DNA of 64,000 nucleotides, from IMG/VR virus record IMGVR_UViG_3300042562_001598, positions 186,001 through 250,000 of that record, one strand, 5' to 3'. The notes beneath the pieces were generated by a model. That model searched no databases. It worked only from the letters and a program-made list of their open reading frames with translations, and was not told the DNA's origin. The first letter of the stretch is position 1; each line of letters opens with the position of its first letter. Shown piece by piece: positions 16,126-25,540 of this stretch. The position numbers were made by a program, and so were the translations under genes.

Positions 16126-16344
16126 ATGGACGACAAAGTATACAATCCTTCAACCTATCCATTGGTGGAGACTGCAATAACTAATAGAATAATTATTAAA
16201 GACCCGGGTAAGGAGATGAGGGATGATTTTGCTGGTCAGGCAATGATGGCGTTAATTAATAATTTGGGTAGTAGTGATTATGTGGAGACAGCTAAAATAG
16301 CGTATAAGTATGCTGACGCAATGATGAAAGTAAGAAATAAATAA
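16126..16344 (+). CDS. Small phage protein (RDxFAxxAM...AYxxADAM family)
   Basis: Motif widespread in phage small proteins. Confidence 0.65.
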   Translation: MDDKVYNPSTYPLVETAITNRIIIKDPGKEMRDDFAGQAMMALINNLGSSDYVETAKIAYKYADAMMKVRNK

Positions 16345-16356
16345 ATAATAAATAAA

Positions 16357-16809
16357 ATGAAAAGAAGAATTTACCTAGATGATATCCGTACACCAGTTGA
16401 GGACAATTGGATTGTTGTAAGAGATTATAATGAATTTGTTAAAAAAGTTATGGAGATTGGCGTTAAGAACATTGATTTCATTTCTTTGGACCACGATTTG
16501 GGGGATACTGCTATGGCGGAATATTACAACAATGTATCTAAAAATTATGTTTTAGACTACAATAACATTGATGAGAAAACTGGTTATGACGCCGCTAAAT
16601 GGTTGGTTAATGAGTTTTATTCAGTTAATGAAGATAGAATTAATATGACTAGTGAACAAAAAAGAAAATCTGATTTTATTTTCCCAACTGTTTATGTGCA
16701 TTCAGCAAATCCGGTCGGAGCTCACAATATCTGTGGTTATGTTAACAATTTCTATAAAAACGAAAAACAGAAAGAAACTTGTATTAGAGTGAATATTCCA
16801 ATTAAATAA
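16357..16809 (+). CDS. Cyclic-phosphate-processing receiver (cREC) domain protein
   Basis: IYLDDIR, ISLDHDLG, TGYD, VHSANPVG motifs. Confidence 0.75.
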   Translation: MKRRIYLDDIRTPVEDNWIVVRDYNEFVKKVMEIGVKNIDFISLDHDLGDTAMAEYYNNVSKNYVLDYNNIDEKTGYDAAKWLVNEFYSVNEDRINMTSEQKRKSDFIFPTVYVHSANPVGAHNICGYVNNFYKNEKQKETCIRVNIPIK

Positions 16810-16891
16810 AAAGTTTTTCACTTTCTGTTTGGTAGATTAAAAGTTTTATTGTAGTTTTGTCATATCAAAATAACAATAAAACTTTTTTATT

Positions 16892-17263
16892 ATGAAATCA
16901 CGTAGCAAAACATTAGGATTACACGAATGGTCAAAAGAAGATACAATCGTAACATTGTATTACACAAAATACGGAACATATGGTTTGTATTTGAAAGATG
17001 AGAGTTCGTTAGCAAAATGGATTGGAACTTCACTTGGTTCCTTGAAGATGCAATCTGGAAACTTTAGAGGGTTAATGGGTGAGACTGAAAGAGCCTTGAG
17101 TGATTACTCTAAATTACAAGCGGAAGTTTATAATGAGTATGGTGATATGACTAAAATACAATTGATGAAAGTTGTTAAGTCAATCATTGACCAGGACGCT
17201 TATGAGAGAAACGCGATTTTAATTAAAATGGGTAAAGACCCTAAAAAAATGGTGAAAGCATGA
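16892..17263 (+). CDS. Hypothetical protein
   Basis: ORF track. Confidence 0.65.
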   Translation: MKSRSKTLGLHEWSKEDTIVTLYYTKYGTYGLYLKDESSLAKWIGTSLGSLKMQSGNFRGLMGETERALSDYSKLQAEVYNEYGDMTKIQLMKVVKSIIDQDAYERNAILIKMGKDPKKMVKA

Positions 17264-17640
17264 AAATCAGAATCAACAATATTGAATGTAGAGAATATAG
17301 TGCAACCAAAGTTGACAAACTCTTTTATGAGATAGTTAAATGGGATACTAATGTCTACTACGGTAAAGAAGATGAATATCGGACAAATGGTTATGAAGAT
17401 GAATTTGATAGTGGTTTTTTAACAAAAAATGGTCATAGTATTCAAAAGACATTTTTTACAACTAAAGAGTGTTGTTATACCGTCGCCACTTTGGAATTGA
17501 ATTACGGTGAACCTGATGTTAATCTGAAGAGTGTTGGGTCTAGATTATTAGACCTTAAAGGGTCTGAAATAAAAGACTTTTTTAAGGTGTATGAATTAGC
17601 AAATAAAAAAATAAATAAAAAACATTTCAAAAGAAAATGA
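17260..17640 (+). CDS. Hypothetical protein
   Basis: ORF track; ATGA overlap with previous gene. Confidence 0.65.
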   Translation: MKIRINNIECREYSATKVDKLFYEIVKWDTNVYYGKEDEYRTNGYEDEFDSGFLTKNGHSIQKTFFTTKECCYTVATLELNYGEPDVNLKSVGSRLLDLKGSEIKDFFKVYELANKKINKKHFKRK

Positions 17641-17804
17641 AAGCTAAAGACCAAGCAAAAGAATTAGTTGAAAAATTTACAACCAAGGAAGATGCTTTGA
17701 ATGCTATTGACCTTCTTAAAGAATTTATTGTAAAATACGATAACCATTTAGAGGATTTTTTATTTTGGGAGAAAGTTGAGAAAAAAATTAAGAAATCATG
17801 TTAG
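17637..17804 (+). CDS. Small hypothetical protein (55 aa)
   Basis: MKAKDQAKELVEKF...; ATGA overlap, fills the gap to the ligase. Confidence 0.55.
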   Translation: MKAKDQAKELVEKFTTKEDALNAIDLLKEFIVKYDNHLEDFLFWEKVEKKIKKSC

Positions 17805-18832
17805 AGATATTAAATAAGTATTATTTGGATGGCCTGTTGTATAAACAGGTTCATCCTGTTTTACCATTAACCATATGGAATTATTCAGAAAAATGTCAGT
17901 ATGAGGAGAAATGGGATTCTGTGTCTTTGATGTGCCGTGGACTTGTAACCGATAACGAAGGTAATATTGTTGCAAGACCTTTCAGAAAATTTTTTAATAT
18001 TGAGGAAGAAAAACATACTCCAACACAAGATTTTGAGGTCTACGCTAAAATGGACGGTTCCTTAATAATTTCATTTTATTATAATGGTGAGTTGGTTGTT
18101 GCTAGTCGTGGTTCATTTACTTCTGACCAAGCTATTGCAGCTAAAAAACTATTATCTGAAAAATACAACCCAAACAATGGTATGTTACCAGGTTATACTT
18201 ATCTATTTGAATTCATCGCACCATGGAATAGAATTGTTGTTGATTATGGTGATGTTGAAAAACTAATTGTATTGGGTGTTATTGAAACTGAAACCGGAAA
18301 GGAAGTTGAGTTTTCAGAAATGGAAAATGAGGGGTTTGAGATTGTAAAAAAATACGATGGTATAAAAGACTACTCAATCTTAAAATCTATCATTAAAGAT
18401 AACGAGGAAGGTTTTGTTGTTAGATTTTCAAATGGAGATAGAATGAAGATAAAAGGAACCGAGTATTTACGTCTTCATAAAATCATGACCAATGTATCAA
18501 CCACCGGGATATGGGAAATGTTAAAAAACGGTGATGACGTTACAGAGATATTAAAAGATGTTCCGGATGAGTTTTACAGAAAAATAAAATTATATGTTAA
18601 AGAATTAAAATATTTTTATTATTCAATGAAGGACAATGTTGGTAAAAAATTTGACTATTTTATGTATGGGAAATACAACGATAAAGACCCTATAGAAAAT
18701 AAAAAAGTTTACGCTGAATGGGTCTTAACTCAACCTAAACACTTACAACCTATTTTATTTAAGATGTTTGATAAGAAAGATTACTCAGAAATAATCTGGA
18801 AATTAATTAAACCTAAATTCAGAAAATTATAG
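17798..18832 (+). CDS. T4 Rnl1-like RNA ligase
   Basis: CRGL, RPFRKFFN, motif I KMDGSL, motif IV EGFVV, motif V MKIK. Confidence 0.9.
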   Translation: MLEILNKYYLDGLLYKQVHPVLPLTIWNYSEKCQYEEKWDSVSLMCRGLVTDNEGNIVARPFRKFFNIEEEKHTPTQDFEVYAKMDGSLIISFYYNGELVVASRGSFTSDQAIAAKKLLSEKYNPNNGMLPGYTYLFEFIAPWNRIVVDYGDVEKLIVLGVIETETGKEVEFSEMENEGFEIVKKYDGIKDYSILKSIIKDNEEGFVVRFSNGDRMKIKGTEYLRLHKIMTNVSTTGIWEMLKNGDDVTEILKDVPDEFYRKIKLYVKELKYFYYSMKDNVGKKFDYFMYGKYNDKDPIENKKVYAEWVLTQPKHLQPILFKMFDKKDYSEIIWKLIKPKFRKL

Positions 18833-18930
18833 TATTTACTATTTACTTTTGTAAAAATCCGATGTAATTATCGGATTTTTTTTTATTTCAGATATTTATA
18901 GTAAAATAACCTTATTAATATTTATAACAT

Positions 18931-19542
18931 ATGGATTCATCTGTCATTGTCGCATTTATATCTGGGGTCGTAGGGCCAGTTCTTCTTTTATTCATTAAAA
19001 ATAAATTTGAAGAACGAAAACAAAATACGGACATCATTAAAGACGCCTTAGCTGTAAGTGAATGTGTTGAATCTAAATTAGACGCTATTAAAGAAGATTA
19101 TAAAGCCGACAGAGTATGGATAACCCAATTTCATAATGGGGGTCACTTCTACCCAACAGGTAAATCAATCGCGAAATTTACTATGTTATATGAGGTTGTT
19201 GAAGCTGGTACAACTTCAATCCAATCAAATTTTCAAAGTATTCCGGTTAATCTATTTAGTAAATCTATTAATAGATTATTATCTAATGATGTTATTGAAA
19301 TATATGACTATAAAGATAAAGAGACTCCAACTTACGGTCTTGAATATATTGCAAATGAAAATAGTTGTAAGTCAGGTTATTTATTTGCAATAAAAAATAT
19401 TGATGGTAAATTTGTGGGTATTTTAGGTGTTGATTATACAAAGAAAAAAAATAAACTGACACCAAATGATATTATTCATTTACAAGTGTCGGCGACATTA
19501 TTAGGTGGTGTTTTAATGACTCACTTATGTCAAAATAGTTAA
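18931..19542 (+). CDS. Single-TM + GAF-like protein, candidate T4 T-type holin
   Basis: N-terminal TM helix; GAF-like body; adjacent to a muramyl peptidase. Confidence 0.5.
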   Translation: MDSSVIVAFISGVVGPVLLLFIKNKFEERKQNTDIIKDALAVSECVESKLDAIKEDYKADRVWITQFHNGGHFYPTGKSIAKFTMLYEVVEAGTTSIQSNFQSIPVNLFSKSINRLLSNDVIEIYDYKDKETPTYGLEYIANENSCKSGYLFAIKNIDGKFVGILGVDYTKKKNKLTPNDIIHLQVSATLLGGVLMTHLCQNS

Positions 19543-19545
19543 ATT

Positions 19546-20091
19546 ATGATAAAATTAATAACACTCCTTGAAATGACCGCTGACGATTTTAAAAAACAAT
19601 TAGTTAGTGTTGGTCATACCGAAAAGAATGGTAGTCAATTAACCAATGGTGGTGATTTAGACCCAAAATTTTTAGACATTGTTTCCGCATTTTTAACTGA
19701 ATGGGATGGTTTAGTTGGTAAAACTAGTTGTAGGTTAAAGTTTACGGCAGGTCATGATATCTCTCATAAAACAAGCAATCCAAAAAGTGCTCATAATACA
19801 GGTAATGGTATTGATTTTACTTTAGATTCTAGTTGTCATCCTAAACTTATACAACTTCTTACAACCTATAAATCAAAATATCCGGGTTTTAGTTTTTTAG
19901 ATGAATATACAAATCCAACCAAACATTCGTCAGGACCTCACTTTCACATTCAATATGGAACAGGTTCCGCTACCGCGACGACACCAGCAACAGGTACAAC
20001 AACAACCACTACTACAGGTGGTGTGGATGCAAAAACTATGGCTAAAAATTTCTTAGGTAATGTTATTTCAAATTTTGGTATCGGTAAATAA
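19546..20091 (+). CDS. Peptidase M15-like endolysin / virion hydrolase
   Basis: SAHNTGNGIDF and HFHI zinc motifs; Thr-rich tail. Confidence 0.7.
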   Translation: MIKLITLLEMTADDFKKQLVSVGHTEKNGSQLTNGGDLDPKFLDIVSAFLTEWDGLVGKTSCRLKFTAGHDISHKTSNPKSAHNTGNGIDFTLDSSCHPKLIQLLTTYKSKYPGFSFLDEYTNPTKHSSGPHFHIQYGTGSATATTPATGTTTTTTTGGVDAKTMAKNFLGNVISNFGIGK

Positions 20092-20110
20092 AAAATAATA
20101 ATAAAAAAAT

Positions 20111-20647
20111 ATGGTAAATTTTATAAATCCCCAACCAAAATCGAGTAGTTCCATAATTGTTGCACCTTACCCTGGTGAGGTTATTGAAGTTGACCCATCA
20201 GTATGTGATGGTAATATAAAAATAAAACATAACATTAATGGTGTTAGTTATATTTCAGAATTTTGTAATGTAGAGAGAATTAGTGTTCGTGTTGGTGAAT
20301 CTGTTAGACAAAAGGAAAAAATAGGTAATTTGGGTTATAAATCGTTAAAATCTTGGGTGTATGATAACCATGGTAAAAAATACTCAATGACACACTTTAT
20401 TAATGATACTGAAAAAGATAAAGAGTCAAAAGTAACAACTACAAAAAAAGAAAAAAAACAACCTATAAATTATGATACAAAATATTCTGGGTTAGCTAAA
20501 TTACCGATTGATGTTCTTTTATCACCACTTTCATTAATGAAGGATGTTATGTCTTACAAGACCGATAAACAAAAACAAAAGGAAAAGGAAAAAGAAGAAC
20601 AAAATTTAAACGAAGAAATTAATAGAATAAAAGAATTATTAAAATAA
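20111..20647 (+). CDS. M23-fold protein lacking the HxH motif
   Basis: VAPYPGEV...IKIKH...VRVGESVRQKEKIG; C-terminal LNEEINRIKELLK. Confidence 0.55.
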   Translation: MVNFINPQPKSSSSIIVAPYPGEVIEVDPSVCDGNIKIKHNINGVSYISEFCNVERISVRVGESVRQKEKIGNLGYKSLKSWVYDNHGKKYSMTHFINDTEKDKESKVTTTKKEKKQPINYDTKYSGLAKLPIDVLLSPLSLMKDVMSYKTDKQKQKEKEKEEQNLNEEINRIKELLK

Positions 20648-20679
20648 AAAACCCCCAAGTTAATGGGGGTTTTTAGTTA

Positions 20680-20889
20680 TTATTGTTTTGCAACTTCTTT
20701 AACTGGTTCAACAACTTTAGTTGTGTCAGCTTTAGTAGAGTCAGCTTTAACTTCAACTTTTGTTGAATCAACAACAACTGCTGTAGAATCGGTAACAACT
20801 GCTTCAACATTTCCTTCAGTTTCATTGTGTTTGCAAGATGCGAACGTCAAGGCAGCTACTGCCAACATAGATAAAATTACTTTTTTCAT
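20680..20889 (-). CDS. Small Bacteroidota-type lipoprotein
   Basis: MKKVILSMLAVAALTFASC lipobox; DST/DTT repeats. Confidence 0.8.
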   Translation of the reverse strand: MKKVILSMLAVAALTFASCKHNETEGNVEAVVTDSTAVVVDSTKVEVKADSTKADTTKVVEPVKEVAKQ

Positions 20890-20982
20890 AAAAATTTGTT
20901 TTAGTTTATTATTTATAGATAATTAATAGGTATAAAAGATTTGAATGTCAAGTCGGGTAATAAAAATAAAAATATTGTAAGT

Positions 20983-21207
20983 ATGACAGTTGCTGAACTA
21001 ATAATAAAATTAAATACCATTGAGAATCAAAACGCTCCTGTTTTTGTGAAAGGTTATGAAGATGGGTTAGATGATATTACTTTTGATAATAAATTACATA
21101 ATGTATTATTAAATGTGAATAGTGAATGGTATTATGGTAAACACGAATTAACTTACACTAATAATAGTAAAACTCATAAAATTGTTGAAGGGGTGATAAT
21201 TTCTTAA
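20983..21207 (+). CDS. Small phage protein
   Basis: MTVAELIIKL...VKGYEDG pattern. Confidence 0.6.
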   Translation: MTVAELIIKLNTIENQNAPVFVKGYEDGLDDITFDNKLHNVLLNVNSEWYYGKHELTYTNNSKTHKIVEGVIIS

Positions 21208-21334
21208 AAACCATTTGACAAACCAAAAGTCATGACCTATACTTTTTAAGAGTTTAATAAAAATGTTATTAAATGAAAAAAAAATACAAAATATAGTTTA
21301 CAACTGAAAAAGAATAACTATCTTTGTAAAACAA

Positions 21335-22210
21335 ATCGGGAATAACCGATATCGTTCTTTGAGAAAACAGATTATCCATTATAATACTTCGGTATTGTAA
21401 AAAACGATAATGGGCGGCTTATAGTCCTTATATAAATTGATGAAAATCAATATAAAGTGAATCTGTTGTGTTAACAGATTTGCGGTTTCAGAAATGGAAC
21501 TCAAGTAAGCAAGCAGGATACTATATAATCTTGATTACCGAGGCCAACGGTGTAGGGAAAGTGATTATATAACTGGGTGATGTGGGTCATCTGGTTGAGG
21601 GGGGAACTCTAATAGGAATAACCTGTAGGATTTGTGCAAAAAATATGATTATCCAATTATATTATTGCGACTTCCAAAATTAAAGGAAACTTAAAACCGA
21701 AAGGTATGACAACAAACAGGTGGTGCTGAAATTGTCCTTGATACTTATCTACCAAGGTAAATATCTCGAAGTAGTCTTGAAATTTGAGAGTAGGGATACT
21801 CTAAGATGAAGTTAAGTATTCTGATGTCCAAAAGATATCGGAGCTTGGGGTAAACCACTTCGTCTATTCATCCACAACACAATACCTTATACTTTATTTA
21901 AGTAAAACTAAAAAAATGTAAGCAAAAGTGTTTACCACTATGAAACGGAAGTTGCCCACATATTCACTGGCTGTCAGTGGAACGTAATAACCGCAAGTTT
22001 GACCGTATTTTTATGAAAAATCTCTAAGCCGTCGGAAGCTGAATCAGGACGCAATCTTGATGAGACAGGAGTAGTAAGAGAGTAGTTTCATAGTTAAGGG
22101 GTGATTGGTCTAACCAATCGGCAATGAGAAATACTAATCAAAAGTTAGTGGAAAAGTAGGGAAACCATAATCCTATGAAAGGTTCTTAAAATTAAAGTTT
22201 ATTCTCAGCT
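21335..22210 (+). ncRNA. Giant structured ncRNA (~870 nt), candidate GOLLD-class
   Basis: ORF-free; own TATCTTTG promoter and terminator (~22238-22274); many hairpins with UUCG/GNRA loops; family identity not verified. Confidence 0.7.
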
Positions 22211-22285
22211 TTTTTTATTTTTTATCAAAACATACAGAAAATCCTTTAACAAAATAATGTTAAAGGATTTTTTTGTTAATTGATA

Positions 22286-22293
22286 TATTTATA
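22286..22293 (+). promoter_or_regulatory. Phage late-promoter motif TATTTAT(A), representative copy
   Basis: Found shortly upstream of >15 structural/leader genes (e.g. 243, 4790, 18931, 26412, 34004, 39933, 41822, 44264, 49297). Confidence 0.7.
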
Positions 22294-22306
22294 ATAAAAA
22301 ACTAAT

Positions 22307-22717
22307 ATGAAAAATTTATTTAATGACATTTCTCAAGAAGAGAAAAATAGAATCCTTGAGATGCACTCGGGTAAAAAAAATGTGATATCTGAACAAGAAA
22401 TTGGTGGTTACAAAGAAGGACCTGGTGACCCTCAAGGTGATGAACTTGACCACTATAATAAAATTGTAAAACCAAAATTGTTAGCTGTAGGTTTTAAAGA
22501 TGAATATGATAAAAATTTAAAACAATTTGGCACGGAGAATTCTTTAACTTATGGTGGACACAATAACGGTGTTAATGTCCTATGGGATAGAATAAAAGGG
22601 GTTTATCATGTGTGGGCCGGAAATGATAAGGGAAAACGACAATTCCAACTTGGTCCAAATGACCCAAAAGTTGTCGCTAATAAAGTTGTTCAGTACGCTT
22701 TATCATTAAAGAGATAA
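22307..22717 (+). CDS. Leader-family cargo protein
   Basis: MKNLFNDISQEEKNRILEMHSGKKNVISEQ leader identical to that of 26412. Confidence 0.75.
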   Translation: MKNLFNDISQEEKNRILEMHSGKKNVISEQEIGGYKEGPGDPQGDELDHYNKIVKPKLLAVGFKDEYDKNLKQFGTENSLTYGGHNNGVNVLWDRIKGVYHVWAGNDKGKRQFQLGPNDPKVVANKVVQYALSLKR

Positions 22718-22788
22718 TAAATGACAAATAAACCACCAATTATGGTGGTTTTTTTTGTTTTTATAATATTTTTATTTACATTTGTTCT

Positions 22789-23241
22789 ATGAAAAAAGAA
22801 ATCAACATAGTCAATAAGAAAGCGAAACACGAATACGAGTTTTTACAGACTTACGTATGCGGCGTTAAGCTAATCGGTTGTGAAGTAAAATCAATACGCC
22901 TAGGTAAGGTTTCCATATCCGAGGGGTATTGTTACTTCAACAATAACGAATTATTCATTAAAGGAATGAACATATCTGATTATGGTTACGGCACAGTCCA
23001 TGATAACACCTCAGATAGAAAGTTATTATTAAAACGGAAAGAGTTAAACAAATTAGAAAAAGAACTCGTAAAAGGCCTTACAATCGTTCCTTACAGGGTC
23101 TTTACAAATGAGAGAGGATTGATTAAAATAGAGATATCCCTATCTCGTGGTAAAAAGAACTACGATAAAAGAAATGACCTAAAGTCCAGGGATATTGATA
23201 GAGATAGTAAAAGAGAAATTAGTGGTCGGTTCACAAAATAA
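22789..23241 (+). CDS. smpB: SsrA-binding protein
   Basis: NKKAKHEY, GVKLIGCEVKSIR, RKLLL, RGKKNYDKR. Confidence 0.95.
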   Translation: MKKEINIVNKKAKHEYEFLQTYVCGVKLIGCEVKSIRLGKVSISEGYCYFNNNELFIKGMNISDYGYGTVHDNTSDRKLLLKRKELNKLEKELVKGLTIVPYRVFTNERGLIKIEISLSRGKKNYDKRNDLKSRDIDRDSKREISGRFTK

Positions 23242-23265
23242 ATAAATTAAAAAAAAATTAAAATT

Positions 23266-23571
23266 ATGGTAGATTTAATGTCATTAGCGTTAGGGGTAGT
23301 TGCAGTTCTTATTGTATTGGGGGTTGTGATTATGTTTTATGCTGTCAATCAAGTTTTTTTACTTAAAAAAAAGTTTGGTTATTTAGAAAAAGAAACACAA
23401 GATAATTATAACTTCTTACATAGAAGGATTAACGAATCAGAAATAAGTTCAGAACAAATGGTTATGCGGTCACACAATCATATTGATGAGGTTGAAAAAC
23501 AATTAATAAGTATGATTGACTCCAGGTTGGATAAACTGGAAAATAAAATAATCCAAAAACAAGTATTATAA
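23266..23571 (+). CDS. Membrane-anchored coiled-coil protein
   Basis: N-terminal TM; IDSRLDKLENK. Confidence 0.6.
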   Translation: MVDLMSLALGVVAVLIVLGVVIMFYAVNQVFLLKKKFGYLEKETQDNYNFLHRRINESEISSEQMVMRSHNHIDEVEKQLISMIDSRLDKLENKIIQKQVL

Positions 23572-23676
23572 ATAAACGAACCGACCATTAATTACACCCC
23601 TCTTCACCGGAGGGGTTTTTTATTACCCATACTTAAGTATTAACCAAAAAAAAATGAGACCCGAAGGTCTCATTGC

Positions 23677-24063
23677 TGGTGGAGATGCCGGGATTTGAAC
23701 CCGGGTCTTGCCCATCCTAAAGATTAAGGACTACACGCTTAGGTCAACATTTTTCTAATGTTCCGAAAATAGTTAGTTCGTTCTTCACCATTGTAAACTA
23801 ACAACCAATGGATGACTCGATTTCGGGTTCAGTCATTTTTCCACCTTTGTAAGACCTTATGTTCCTGGGTTATATGGTTACCGACCCGTTGTTGTTCAAC
23901 TAATTAAGCTGTAACAACTTCTTCAGAGCGGATTAATCCTACTGCTGAAAGTTTTGCGATTGTTTCGCCGTTTGAATTTTGTGACCATAGATTTAAGTGA
24001 TAGGAAACTTCTCACTGCGTGCCCCCAATAAATAGCAATGCCAATCAATACCATTTCATCCCC
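23677..24063 (-). ncRNA. ssrA: tmRNA
   Basis: GGGGATG/CATCTCC-ACCA with G3:U70; T-arm GGTTCAAATCC; tag ORF GETIAKLSAVGLIRSEEVVTA* at 23969-23904. Confidence 0.92.
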
Positions 24064-24144
24064 CATTGTTTTATTATACTACAAATATATATGATTATTT
24101 ATTAATAATCAAATATAGAGTATATTTATTAATAAATATTTTTT

Positions 24145-25500
24145 ATGGCTGATATAGATAATAGTAAAAACAACGCATACGAAGGAACTCGTATTATTGT
24201 AAATACTGAAGACTTAATGTTTTTGGAGGTTTTAGCTCCGGATTCTTTAGGTTATTTTGGACTTGATTGGGTTAAGAACCGATATGATAGATTTAGAGAT
24301 GGTAATTTATATTTAATTGTTGATAAGAGAGAACTCCCTGTAAATGTTAAAGTATTATATACTGACACTGATGGTGAATTTTTCGGATATTATCAATCTG
24401 GGGATACTATAAAGTATTCTGAACTACTTTTAGAGTATCCTGAGTTAGTGGACCAAATAACAGCTTTAGAACCGGTGAGTGAAATATATGACGCATTACT
24501 TTCAATCTCTGAAGGACAGGAATTATCAAAATACAACCTTAGAAATATTGATGACTTAGTTAGTGATTTCAAATTTAACAAACGAAGTCCAAGGGCTAGT
24601 TCTGTTATGTTATCATTTGATGATGTTGATGATATTCTTGGGATATTTGATGTTAGTGAGGACGATAAGTGGTTTGTGGGAGCTGTAACATCTTATGATA
24701 GTTATGAATTTGAGTATTGGGATAATGTTCATGATGATTGGTTACAAGGGTATGGTTTAGACCATTTTAGTGGTGTCGAAAACGAAACTAGAATTGATAA
24801 TATTTTAAAAGTTATATTACCTGGTCATAGTATAAATACGAATGATGATGAGGAACGACAATTAATTTGCAATACTTTAGAGACTTTTTTCCCAAGTGAA
24901 ATTGAGGATGTTTTAGATACCTATATTCGTGAACAAAATTATTGTAAAACAAGAGGAACCTTAAAGGAAATAGAATCAGATGTTTCTAATTTATTTGAAC
25001 CATATAACATATTCAAAGTAGGTGAAGGGTATAATTATGTTACAAGTGTTAAAACTTTATTAAGTCTATATGAAAATGTGGGTTCTAAAAAATATACATT
25101 AAAAGAACTTTTAGCTGAAATTAATAAAGATACTGAAGTTGGTGGTTGGGCTGAATACATGTATGAAACAGAATGTGATGAGTTTGACCAAGTAACTATG
25201 GATAGAACTGTAAGTCAGGCTTTAGATTCTATGGAAGAAGGTTTAGAGGATTCTGATAAGTTTGAGGATATTGAGGAATTTAAAAAAATGGCGGATTTTA
25301 TTTTATCAAAATATGATTTAAATAGAAATTATGAAACACCTAAAGATAGTAATATCAGATTTACCATACATCAACTAGACCCCTCCGATAATTCTGTATT
25401 GGTTACGGTTAAAAACCTTGAGAAAAGAACTTCAGAAAAAAGAAGATTAGATTTGGAAGGGTTTAATAATTTATTAACTCAACAAGAATTATTTCAATAA
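24145..25500 (+). CDS. Acidic hypothetical protein
   Basis: 451-aa ORF. Confidence 0.7.
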   Translation: MADIDNSKNNAYEGTRIIVNTEDLMFLEVLAPDSLGYFGLDWVKNRYDRFRDGNLYLIVDKRELPVNVKVLYTDTDGEFFGYYQSGDTIKYSELLLEYPELVDQITALEPVSEIYDALLSISEGQELSKYNLRNIDDLVSDFKFNKRSPRASSVMLSFDDVDDILGIFDVSEDDKWFVGAVTSYDSYEFEYWDNVHDDWLQGYGLDHFSGVENETRIDNILKVILPGHSINTNDDEERQLICNTLETFFPSEIEDVLDTYIREQNYCKTRGTLKEIESDVSNLFEPYNIFKVGEGYNYVTSVKTLLSLYENVGSKKYTLKELLAEINKDTEVGGWAEYMYETECDEFDQVTMDRTVSQALDSMEEGLEDSDKFEDIEEFKKMADFILSKYDLNRNYETPKDSNIRFTIHQLDPSDNSVLVTVKNLEKRTSEKRRLDLEGFNNLLTQQELFQ

Positions 25501-25540
25501 AGATAGTGACGATTAAATTTCTTTTTATTATCTTTGTTTT

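Noticed and set aside
20663-20926. 87-aa plus-strand ORF
   Set aside because: Antisense shadow of the lipoprotein, which has a clear signal peptide and lipobox.
21335-22210. rRNA fragment or group I/II intron
   Set aside because: No recognisable rRNA conserved blocks, it does not interrupt a gene, and it has its own promoter and terminator.
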